A DNA stretch of 20,000 bases from an uncultured virus (IMG/VR IMGVR_UViG_3300030333_008421) (lineage: Duplodnaviria > Heunggongvirae > Uroviricota > Caudoviricetes): the IMG/VR virus record IMGVR_UViG_3300030333_008421; one strand, given 5' to 3'. The translations under genes were made by a program, and so were the position numbers. The notes beneath the pieces were generated by a model. The model worked only from the letters and a program-made list of their open reading frames with translations, had not been told where the DNA came from and searched no databases. Below are positions 8,358-16,074 of this stretch, one piece after another. Each line of letters begins with the position of its first letter. Position 1 is the stretch's first letter.

Positions 8358-8783
8358 GTGATACAAATTATAAAGTCATTAGCTGTACTTCTTACTGTCA
8401 GTTTGTTTATAGCTGGTTGCTTCTATTTTTTAAACGTTTCTTTTTGGCCTGTCTTCGGTTTATCGGTAATATCTCAGTTTATTTTGTATGATTTGTTTAG
8501 TAGATGGAATAACCGTAAAGCGGAAATCGAATTCCAGTTAATTCAAAATGAACGTATTAAAGAATTTAATAAATTTGGAGTTGATGCAGTTTGTCCTGTT
8601 GAATCTTGCATGCATACCACTTTTGTACCGGTTGATATGACTAGAGAAAATGAATTTGAATGTCCTAAATGTAAGGCAGAAGTAAAAGTAATGATAGGAA
8701 GTAAAACTTTCTTGAAAACCACACCTATCGATGGTGATCCGTTTGAAAAATTTAATTTTGTAACTAATCAAGATTATGAATGA
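8358..8783 (+). CDS. Membrane protein with two N-terminal hydrophobic helices and a C-terminal zinc ribbon
   Basis: Hydrophobic segments at about aa 6-26 and 28-47, and Cys pattern CPVESC...CPKC. Confidence 0.75.
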   Translation: MIQIIKSLAVLLTVSLFIAGCFYFLNVSFWPVFGLSVISQFILYDLFSRWNNRKAEIEFQLIQNERIKEFNKFGVDAVCPVESCMHTTFVPVDMTRENEFECPKCKAEVKVMIGSKTFLKTTPIDGDPFEKFNFVTNQDYE

Positions 8784-9153
8784 TAGTTTAACATTTAATG
8801 AACAAGATAGTAGGTCTGTTCAACCTGAAAAGGTAGAGGAGAAAAAAGAAAAGTACGATGATACATTTTTAAAAGATGCGTACATAAAAGGGATTATGTC
8901 TGCTGAAGCTACTCTAGATGTAAAAAATAAAGAAAAACTTTTAGAGAATTTTATAAAGTGTATTTTTGATGATATTTTAATTCAGAATAAAGATAAAATT
9001 AGAACAAATGACAATATCCTAAAGCTTAATTTAGGGGTGATTGAAAATGCAATTAAAAATACCAAGCTAAGTAATTTTAACTTTGACGTAGGACGGATTG
9101 GTGCTATAATAGAGGGGTATGCAAAAGTTATCGAATCAAAAACGTCTAAGTGA
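8776..9153 (+). CDS. Hypothetical protein
   Basis: 125 aa with operon-like overlap. Confidence 0.7.
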   Translation: MNDSLTFNEQDSRSVQPEKVEEKKEKYDDTFLKDAYIKGIMSAEATLDVKNKEKLLENFIKCIFDDILIQNKDKIRTNDNILKLNLGVIENAIKNTKLSNFNFDVGRIGAIIEGYAKVIESKTSK

Positions 9154-9403
9154 TATGTCAGATGAAGAAGTTTCTCGTTGGATTTGTCTATTCGAAGCAG
9201 TAAACTATGTATCAGCAAAAGCTGAAAAGTTAGGTATTGATATCGAAAAAGATAGTTCATGGATTAAACCTCTTGCATTTAAAAACTACATATCTGAGAT
9301 GTATGAATCAGTTTATCTTAACAATAAGATGGGTGGAGATAAACATGTACCACCTAGGTCAGTAAACGAATACATTTATCAAGAACATGCACTATATTCT
9401 TAA
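9119..9403 (+). CDS. Hypothetical protein
   Basis: 94 aa with operon-like overlap. The start may be the later ATG (MSDEEV). Confidence 0.7.
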   Translation: MQKLSNQKRLSDMSDEEVSRWICLFEAVNYVSAKAEKLGIDIEKDSSWIKPLAFKNYISEMYESVYLNNKMGGDKHVPPRSVNEYIYQEHALYS

Positions 9404-9701
9404 TACGACATTTAGTATTCCAGTATCAATGGGAGCCGCCAAAATTGGCGGCCCCACCATCCCTGGTAGACCGGTAGTTACGGAAAAATTCGATACAAGA
9501 AAATTTATACCTGGAGTTTTTTATACATTAACATATATTAAAAAGCTTGAAAAAAGCGTAAAATATACATTTAAAGGTTCAGATGGTAATGTTATTGAAG
9601 AATATTTTGATTCTTGCAAAGAAGCAGACGTTTTTATTTCAAGAATTAAGGGTGAAACGTTGCCTAATTACACTGAATTTTATCAAAGATTAAAAAGTTA
9701 A
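9387..9701 (+). CDS. Hypothetical protein
   Basis: 104 aa. Its stop overlaps the stop of the convergent gene at TTAA. Confidence 0.75.
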   Translation: MHYILNTTFSIPVSMGAAKIGGPTIPGRPVVTEKFDTRKFIPGVFYTLTYIKKLEKSVKYTFKGSDGNVIEEYFDSCKEADVFISRIKGETLPNYTEFYQRLKS

Positions 9702-10543
9702 GCTCCTGCTGGTCCGAATGGTCCGTCTTCAGGTTCTTCAGTATTACCGTAACCACCGTAAACGTCGTCGTAATCGAATCCTGAATAATCAAATATGTCT
9801 TTAGCTTCTTCTTCAAGGTTACCGTTATAACTTTTATTAGGTGATCTAGAATTAGTACCGTCCGCAAGACGCCCAGAAAACTTATCGTCATATACTTGAT
9901 CACTACCACCTTCTGTACTTAAACCAGGCTCGAAACTGTAATCGTAACGTTTCGCTTTAATCATCCATACATAATGACCTGCTAATGGGTTAATACGTGC
10001 TACATCTTCATCTAACCTTTCAGTAACTTCGAATTGTTTACCTGTTCTTGGCCATGGTCTGTCATTACCATATTCAGATAAAATAAAGACATCACCTGCT
10101 TTAGGTTCTTGAGGGTAACCAAATGCAGTATAAAATCCGCTTATGTGTATATAAGCAGTTAATTCATCATCAGAATCAAATCCGTATTTTTGAAGTATTA
10201 CTGCATTTTCATTTAACTCAACCGCTATAATAATCTTCTTAGGATCTTTAAAGGTCTTAGTTGGTTCTTCACCGTAAATGTTATCAGCAGATAAAGTTTG
10301 ATAAGGATTTTGGTACCAAGTAACTTCTTGACCGTATAAAGCTATAATTTCTTCCCACCAATTGTCAATAACTATTCTTTCACACCCGTTGTTTTCTTTA
10401 TTGGTAAACCTAAAACACTGATTAGTTGGTTTAGGTCCAGGATATATAGAACCCGGGTCGTTTGGATCAGGGGTTGGTACACCAGGTAAAAACTTTGGCA
10501 TGATTTGATTCATGCCTCTATACCTATCCATATTAATAGCCAT
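9698..10543 (-). CDS. gp14: Neck / head-closure protein (T4 gp14-like)
   Basis: YGQEVTWY...DNIYGEEPTKTF...KYGFDSDDELTAYI...EPKAGDVF...FEV...KRYDYS parallels T4 gp14 (DLIFGED..KF, FG...DEVTLSI, EPKEGDLI, FEI, KFIYS). Confidence 0.85.
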   Translation of the reverse strand: MAINMDRYRGMNQIMPKFLPGVPTPDPNDPGSIYPGPKPTNQCFRFTNKENNGCERIVIDNWWEEIIALYGQEVTWYQNPYQTLSADNIYGEEPTKTFKDPKKIIIAVELNENAVILQKYGFDSDDELTAYIHISGFYTAFGYPQEPKAGDVFILSEYGNDRPWPRTGKQFEVTERLDEDVARINPLAGHYVWMIKAKRYDYSFEPGLSTEGGSDQVYDDKFSGRLADGTNSRSPNKSYNGNLEEEAKDIFDYSGFDYDDVYGGYGNTEEPEDGPFGPAGA

Positions 10544-10916
10544 TAGTTTCTACCTCCGATTGTGTGTTAGTTTCTCTAGTCTTAGATAGGTAATAATGAC
10601 CGTTATTATATTGAATAGCTATACCAGTTTTTTTCAGACCTTTTGGTTTACCCGGTCTTAAGTTCCTAACACCGAATCTGTTCATTAAAACGCTTGCATC
10701 TTTTGGTGAAATTTTAATAATTTTAGCACCAGTATTACGTTTTAAAATTTTAAATGCGTTTGGAACTGTTTGATCTTGTTTAAGATAGTCTGGCACTGTT
10801 TGAGTTTTTTGTCTCATACCAGGGTCTCTTACAATCGAGTGTTGGTGCCTATGATTTACTCCGGGTACACTAGTAGAAAATGGTTTATACTTTTCGTAAA
10901 ACATAGAGAAGTTCAC
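10533..10916 (-). CDS. Basic hypothetical protein, late
   Basis: 127 aa with a GTG start and TAAATA-N5 upstream. Confidence 0.75.
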   Translation of the reverse strand: MNFSMFYEKYKPFSTSVPGVNHRHQHSIVRDPGMRQKTQTVPDYLKQDQTVPNAFKILKRNTGAKIIKISPKDASVLMNRFGVRNLRPGKPKGLKKTGIAIQYNNGHYYLSKTRETNTQSEVETNGY

Positions 10917-10921
10917 ATTAT

Positions 10922-10927
10922 TATTTA
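10922..10927 (-). promoter_or_regulatory. Late promoter core TAAATA, 5 nt before GTG 10916
   Basis: The minus strand reads TAAATA-ATAAT-GTG. Confidence 0.7.
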
Positions 10928-10930
10928 AGC

Positions 10931-10957
10931 AAAAAAAAGCCCCTCCAAGAGGGGCTT
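10931..10957 (-). terminator. Rho-independent terminator
   Basis: The minus strand reads AAGCCCCTC-TTG-GAGGGGC-T8, downstream of the stop at 10981. Confidence 0.9.
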
Positions 10958-10980
10958 AACTAATAATCTATTTTTTGAAT

Positions 10981-12108
10981 TTATCGTCTGGCTGGCTTGT
11001 TCTTTTGAAAGAACTCTTGATCACCTTTACCTCCGCCCTTAATAACACCTTTAACTGCGTTAGCGGCGCCTTTAACTGAGGTTGGGTTACCTATTTTTTG
11101 GTTATGTAATGGAGTACCTTCTTCATCTTCGGTATAACCATCATAATCAATCTTGGCTTCCCCTTCACCGTGGTCAACTCTGCCTGTATATTGTGACTTA
11201 ACAACATTGGCACTACCACTCACCGGTGTTGGGTTACCTTCTTTTTGATTTACTAAAGGAGTTCCAAGGACTTCTGCTTCGATTTCCTCACCAAAGTAGT
11301 TAAAAGACTCTTCATCCTCTTCTGGGTGATCTTTCGTGCCGTAATCTCTTACTTCACTTTTACGACCTGTCTTTTTATCGAATCGACGCGCTCTGTCACC
11401 TTTGTTACCGCCAAAACGCTTCTCTTTTTCAGACTCATCTTCGTCGTATCCCATTTCGTCCTCGTCGTCGTAATCACCGAGTTCATCTTCTACGTCTTCG
11501 ATATCATCAGCTGCGTCCATAACATCCATAAGTGCATCATGTAAATGTTTTGCAACGTCTCTTGGAATAGAAATTGTAATGTCTTCGGTTTCGTCTACAT
11601 CAACGTCAACATCTTCACCGCCGTCGACGTCGACACCGAGTTCAACTGCGTCCATTGTTTCGTCGTCCATCACTTCTTCGTAAAGACGATCAAAAATAGA
11701 TTTATTTGTTTTAGCCATATTAGTATTTATACTCTCTTTGCTTATTTTTTGATTTTCAGCTTTAAAATAGTCGCTGGCTTCAGGGTCAGATAATTGTTTT
11801 ACGTCGAACTCGTTATCTAACTTGATTGCTGGGTTATCTGGATCTAATTGAGTGGCTGCCCAATTAGCTGCTCCCTCTGGTCCAGAATTGTCGTGAACAA
11901 AACCTTGATAACCATCAGGCTTTTCAGCGGGTATATCGGTATTACTACCTTTTACCTTTACCTTCTTGCCTGCACGTTCGTAAGTTCGATTGATAGCCTT
12001 AGGTGCTTTAGTAGCTTGTTTAGCTGCTTTTTTACCTGGAGGGGTACCAACTACTGCTTCGTACGCTTCCTCTATTTGAATAATGTCTCTTTTTCCGTTT
12101 CTATTCAT
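10981..12108 (-). CDS. Acidic low-complexity protein, candidate prohead core/internal head protein
   Basis: 375 aa with a D/E-rich centre, a K/A-rich N-terminal region and a duplicated C-terminal motif. It is in a late operon and followed by a terminator. Confidence 0.7.
   Translation of the reverse strand: MNRNGKRDIIQIEEAYEAVVGTPPGKKAAKQATKAPKAINRTYERAGKKVKVKGSNTDIPAEKPDGYQGFVHDNSGPEGAANWAATQLDPDNPAIKLDNEFDVKQLSDPEASDYFKAENQKISKESINTNMAKTNKSIFDRLYEEVMDDETMDAVELGVDVDGGEDVDVDVDETEDITISIPRDVAKHLHDALMDVMDAADDIEDVEDELGDYDDEDEMGYDEDESEKEKRFGGNKGDRARRFDKKTGRKSEVRDYGTKDHPEEDEESFNYFGEEIEAEVLGTPLVNQKEGNPTPVSGSANVVKSQYTGRVDHGEGEAKIDYDGYTEDEEGTPLHNQKIGNPTSVKGAANAVKGVIKGGGKGDQEFFQKNKPARR
11047..11265 (-). 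repeat. Intragenic duplicated 24-aa motif
   Basis: GTPLVNQKEGNPTPVSGSANVVKS (11265-11194) and GTPLHNQKIGNPTSVKGAANAVKG (11118-11047). Confidence 0.85.
11724..11731 (-). promoter_or_regulatory. Internal perfect late promoter TATAAATA, 5 nt before the in-frame ATG 11718
   Basis: The minus strand reads TATAAATA-CTAAT-ATG GCT AAA. Confidence 0.75.
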
Positions 12109-12114
12109 AAATTT

Positions 12115-12591
12115 TTATCCTATTTGCATTATGTCTGTAAAAAACAAAGGTACTAACCCTTCATCAGTATTTACTACATAGACGCCTTGTTGTGCTTCTC
12201 TACTGTCAAGAACTTCTACAACAGTACCGGTACCACCGCCTCTATCTTCTGATATATCTACTTCAGCACCGACTTCAATTGCAGCAGGTCTATCTTCATA
12301 ATTTTCTTGACCCACGTCAGTAATCGAAGTACCATATTTTTTATCTATCGCTTTTCCAGCTTCATATGCTCCTGTTTTCAATGCTGCTGAACCTGCTTTT
12401 TTAGCCGCAGGAGCTACAGCTGCACCCACTTTTTTTATTACAGGAGCTGCGGCACGACCGGCAGCTCCAAGAAAAGCAGGTAAAGCTTCTTCTATTAAAT
12501 CACCTTTTATTTCTTCTTTATTAATTAAAGAATAAGCTTCAAAAATTTCGGTCATTGACCTATCGCCGTGTGATTTAAAATTTTTACTCAT
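12115..12591 (-). CDS. Hypothetical virion-associated protein with an Ala-rich segment and a small C-terminal beta domain
   Basis: 158 aa with an ATGA overlap to the upstream gene. Confidence 0.75.
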   Translation of the reverse strand: MSKNFKSHGDRSMTEIFEAYSLINKEEIKGDLIEEALPAFLGAAGRAAAPVIKKVGAAVAPAAKKAGSAALKTGAYEAGKAIDKKYGTSITDVGQENYEDRPAAIEVGAEVDISEDRGGGTGTVVEVLDSREAQQGVYVVNTDEGLVPLFFTDIMQIG

Positions 12592-13649
12592 CGTTTGTAT
12601 ACCTTTTCGTAACTTTCAGCTAACATTGAGTATGCTCTATCGTGTCTTGAAATATAATGTTCTTTATTACAAGGTACGTGATCGCAACGTTCTTCTTTTC
12701 CGTCACCATCATCATACTTACCCTTTTTCTTAGAATTTTCTTCATCTTCATCCAAATCAGGCCACTTTTTAGCAACACATTTATCAATTCCAGCTGGATC
12801 GGGAGCATTATGAGCATAAGATTTAGCTGCTATAGCTCTCTTTCTTGTATTAACTGGGTAAGTTCCTGGTGCAGCTCCACCTGCTGGACCACAAAATTCG
12901 TCTTTATCAACGTCTGTATATTCACCGGCATTTGAACTACCTTTTCGCTCCTTTTGGTCGTCTAGATCTTTACCCCAACGTTTTCTATATTTTTCTTCAC
13001 GTTCTCCCTCATCTTCATCACTACCGTGAACTTTTTTCATATGACGCGCTAATGTACTGTCATGATCGGTATCGGGGTCAAAATATCTAATACCCGATAC
13101 TCTTGGTTCTTCATCATCCTTTTCGTCTGAATCAAAGTAACTTAGATCTGTTGGAAATGCATTATCGTCTTCTTCATTTTCTCCTGTCCATTGAGGTCGA
13201 GTTGAATTAACTGAATCATCTTCAATGCCTGTGTGGTCAATTAAATCTGCTGAACCTTCATCCTCATCTGCTGCAATATCTTCTTGTTCACCTGTTCCTC
13301 TTAAAAACATACTTGCAGGCTGGCCATTAATTTGACCGTCAGTATCAATTTCTGCTTCTGACTTACCATTGTGCATTATAATATTGCCTTTTGAGTCAGC
13401 ATGCTTTCTAGTATATCCCTTTTGAGCTAATTGTCTTGCAGATCTTTCTTGTGGGCTTTCTTCTTCCCCTTCATCATTTTCTAAAGGGTTCTGATCTTCA
13501 GCTTGCTGGGTAATCTGACCGGTGCTATCATCATAATCACCAGTACCACCAGCTCCAGGTTGTGTGTTAACTGACCCACGACCACTTGCGTAGCCCATTG
13601 CTTCAGAATAAACCTCACTTAAAAGTTCTAAATCTTTTTTACGGTTCAT
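12588..13649 (-). CDS. Acidic modular protein, candidate internal head/core protein
   Basis: 353 aa, very D/E-rich, with CATAAATA-N5-ATG upstream. Confidence 0.75.
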   Translation of the reverse strand: MNRKKDLELLSEVYSEAMGYASGRGSVNTQPGAGGTGDYDDSTGQITQQAEDQNPLENDEGEEESPQERSARQLAQKGYTRKHADSKGNIIMHNGKSEAEIDTDGQINGQPASMFLRGTGEQEDIAADEDEGSADLIDHTGIEDDSVNSTRPQWTGENEEDDNAFPTDLSYFDSDEKDDEEPRVSGIRYFDPDTDHDSTLARHMKKVHGSDEDEGEREEKYRKRWGKDLDDQKERKGSSNAGEYTDVDKDEFCGPAGGAAPGTYPVNTRKRAIAAKSYAHNAPDPAGIDKCVAKKWPDLDEDEENSKKKGKYDDGDGKEERCDHVPCNKEHYISRHDRAYSMLAESYEKVYKR

Positions 13650-13654
13650 GATTA

Positions 13655-13679
13655 TATTTATGCAACCCTGGTTTAAATA
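13655..13679. promoter_or_regulatory. Divergent late promoters (CATAAATA on -, TAAATA on +)
   Basis: The cores lie 5 nt before ATG 13649 (-) and 8 nt before ATG 13688 (+). Confidence 0.7.
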
Positions 13680-13687
13680 AAATTAAT

Positions 13688-15424
13688 ATGGCTGGTAAAA
13701 ATGATTATTACTTGGGAAACCCAAACCTACCTACTGATAGTACCAAGTTTGAGTGGACGCCAAAAATGGTCAAAGACCTTAAAAAGGCAAAACAAAATCT
13801 TCTTTATTTTGCTGAAAACTTTTTCTATATTGTTAACTTAGATAGAGGGCGCGAGTTAATTGGTTTACATTCTTGTCAAAAGAGAGCACTAAGAGGTATG
13901 AGAGATAATCGCTTCTTTATATTATTAGCATCTAGACAGATTGGTAAAACTACTATGATGACGATTTATTCGTTGTGGCACGCATGTTTTAATAGCGATC
14001 AACGTATATTAATAGTAGCTAACAAAGAAGGAACTGCAAAAGAAATATTTTCACGTATTAGAATGGCTTATGAGGAACTTCCTAACTGGCTTAAACCTGG
14101 TGTTAGTGAATATGGAAAAGAATCAATGAAATTAGTTAACGGTACTACTATTGGTATTAGTACTACTACTGGAACAGCTGCACGTGGTCAATCTATTAAT
14201 GTGTTGGTGCTGGATGAGTTAGCGTTTATTGAACCGCATTTAGTAGATCAATTTTGGAAATCCGTATTTCCTGTAATTTCATCTTCGAAAAAGTCTAAAA
14301 TTTTTATAGCTTCTACCGCAAACGGAACTGACAACCTATTTTACAAAATATGGAATGGTGCTATCGAAGAAACAAACGGGTGGGGTCACGATAAAATTTT
14401 ATGGGATGAAATACCCGGTAGAGACGACAAATGGAAAATGGAAACCATGCGTACTATCGGTAGCCAAGAAGCATTTAACCAAGAATTTGGTTGTGAATTT
14501 ATTTCTGCTGGTGAAATGGCAATTAATGAAGAGATATTCGAAACCCTTAAAGTTAATTGTTCAAAACCACCAATAGTAATGGATGATGGTTGTTATAAAA
14601 TATGGAGAGAACCTGACGATTTCGGTTTATATGTAGTAGGTGTCGACGTATCTGAAGGTATAGGTCAAAACGCAAGTGTGATCCAAATATTCGACTTAAG
14701 AGACTTATCTAATATTGAGCAGGTTGCATGTTATCATAACACTAACATTAACCCAATTAACTTTACACAAAAGCTATATGAAATACTGTTACAGTGGGGA
14801 TCACCACCGGCATTAATTGAAAGAAATAACTGCGGTGCGCAGGTAGTAGAACAGTTATACTACAATTTTCGCTATGCAAACTGCGTTACTTTTTCAGCAG
14901 GAACAGGAAAAGTTAAGGCAAACCGTGTAGGTGTTATGGCTCACACCAATACCAAGTATAGGATGGTTGTTAATATGAGGTATTTTGTTAACGAATTACG
15001 CTCTGTAAACATAAGAGACATAGAAACCCTTATTGAAATTAAAAACTTTATAAAATACCCTAACGGTAAATGGGCTGCTAAACCGGGTATCAACATGTTA
15101 GATGACCGGGTTATGTCAATGGGGTGGGCATTAATTATATTAGATAATGAGCTAGTCCAAAAGTATTTTGAAGTAGTAAGAAAAGATGATAATGATAGAG
15201 CTGCTGAATTAAAACGTTGGGATTACGATTATCACACACCTGTTTCTAAAGGATTTTTAAGTGAAACCGAAGAAAACGACGTTGACGGGATAATATTTAA
15301 CGAAAAATTTAATGAAGAAAATAATGTAGAATTAGGTCAAATGATGCAAGCCGGTTGGGTAAAAGCAGGAGACTTTCAAACTTCTCGTTCTTACGCACCT
15401 GTTAGTGATCTAGGTTTACATTAA
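13688..15424 (+). CDS. gp17: Terminase large subunit (T4 gp17-like)
   Basis: YLGNPNL, Walker A SRQIGKTT, Walker B LVLDELAF, coupling motif STANG, FNQEFGCEF, and nuclease motifs VGVDVSEG and DDRVMS. Confidence 0.97.
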   Translation: MAGKNDYYLGNPNLPTDSTKFEWTPKMVKDLKKAKQNLLYFAENFFYIVNLDRGRELIGLHSCQKRALRGMRDNRFFILLASRQIGKTTMMTIYSLWHACFNSDQRILIVANKEGTAKEIFSRIRMAYEELPNWLKPGVSEYGKESMKLVNGTTIGISTTTGTAARGQSINVLVLDELAFIEPHLVDQFWKSVFPVISSSKKSKIFIASTANGTDNLFYKIWNGAIEETNGWGHDKILWDEIPGRDDKWKMETMRTIGSQEAFNQEFGCEFISAGEMAINEEIFETLKVNCSKPPIVMDDGCYKIWREPDDFGLYVVGVDVSEGIGQNASVIQIFDLRDLSNIEQVACYHNTNINPINFTQKLYEILLQWGSPPALIERNNCGAQVVEQLYYNFRYANCVTFSAGTGKVKANRVGVMAHTNTKYRMVVNMRYFVNELRSVNIRDIETLIEIKNFIKYPNGKWAAKPGINMLDDRVMSMGWALIILDNELVQKYFEVVRKDDNDRAAELKRWDYDYHTPVSKGFLSETEENDVDGIIFNEKFNEENNVELGQMMQAGWVKAGDFQTSRSYAPVSDLGLH

Positions 15425-15427
15425 ATA
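15422..15427 (+). promoter_or_regulatory. Late promoter core TAAATA overlapping the terminase stop, 6 nt before ATG 15434
   Basis: TAAATA-TAGAAA-ATG. Confidence 0.6.
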
Positions 15428-15433
15428 TAGAAA

Positions 15434-16015
15434 ATGGCCAAAGAGTACGTACAATCTGCCTTTAATAAGGAAAGAAAGGATAAGTTTGTTATGGTTTTAC
15501 CTATTCCTGAATTTCTAAAAAAAGATGTGAGTAAAAACTCTAGAAGTAATAATCAAGTAAATCCCGATTCTGTTCAATTTTCTATATATGGTTCTATTGT
15601 ACCTAAAGTGGTGGTTGAAAATGTACCTATTAGATACAGTGGTCAGACTTTAAACGTTACTAGTTATAATAGACCAGAATATGACCCCGTTACAGTAAAT
15701 TTTACTATTGATAATAGGTTTAACAACTATTGGTTCATTTATAAATGGTTAGACAAATTGCAAGACGATTATAAAGGTTATTTTAATGCTGGTAAAGATT
15801 ACCCTAAGGGTACGGTGGTGGAATCCGAATACATGGCTGATTTTACAATTTACGGGTTAGATGAATATAATAAAAAGGTTGTTCAGTTTGATTACACGAA
15901 AGCTTTTCCTACTTTTTTAGGTGGTATTGATTATAACTACAGAAACCCGGATGAAATAGAAACCACATTTACTTTTTCTTATAGCCAATTTTATGTCAAG
16001 TTGCTTACCCCTTGA
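15434..16015 (+). CDS. gp3: Tail completion / tube terminator protein (T4 gp3-like, tail tube fold)
   Basis: EYDPVTVNFTIDNRFNNYWFIYKWL parallels gp3 EYDPLIVRFIVDEELKSW...YEWM. The C-terminus AFPTFLGGIDYNY...FTFSY is typical of the tube fold. Confidence 0.7.
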   Translation: MAKEYVQSAFNKERKDKFVMVLPIPEFLKKDVSKNSRSNNQVNPDSVQFSIYGSIVPKVVVENVPIRYSGQTLNVTSYNRPEYDPVTVNFTIDNRFNNYWFIYKWLDKLQDDYKGYFNAGKDYPKGTVVESEYMADFTIYGLDEYNKKVVQFDYTKAFPTFLGGIDYNYRNPDEIETTFTFSYSQFYVKLLTP

Positions 16016-16061
16016 TATATTTATAGAGTTCTCATCTTTTCCACTTTTTTATATAGAGATT

Positions 16062-16069
16062 CATAAATA
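16062..16069 (+). promoter_or_regulatory. Late promoter CATAAATA, 5 nt before ATG 16075
   Basis: CATAAATA-TACAT-ATG. Confidence 0.8.
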
Positions 16070-16074
16070 TACAT

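Noticed and set aside
11623..11634. Palindrome GTCGACGTCGAC
   Set aside because: It is explained by Val-Asp-Val-Asp codons in a low-complexity region.
13688..15424. Intein or intron in the terminase
   Set aside because: The ORF is continuous at 578 aa with normal motif spacing.
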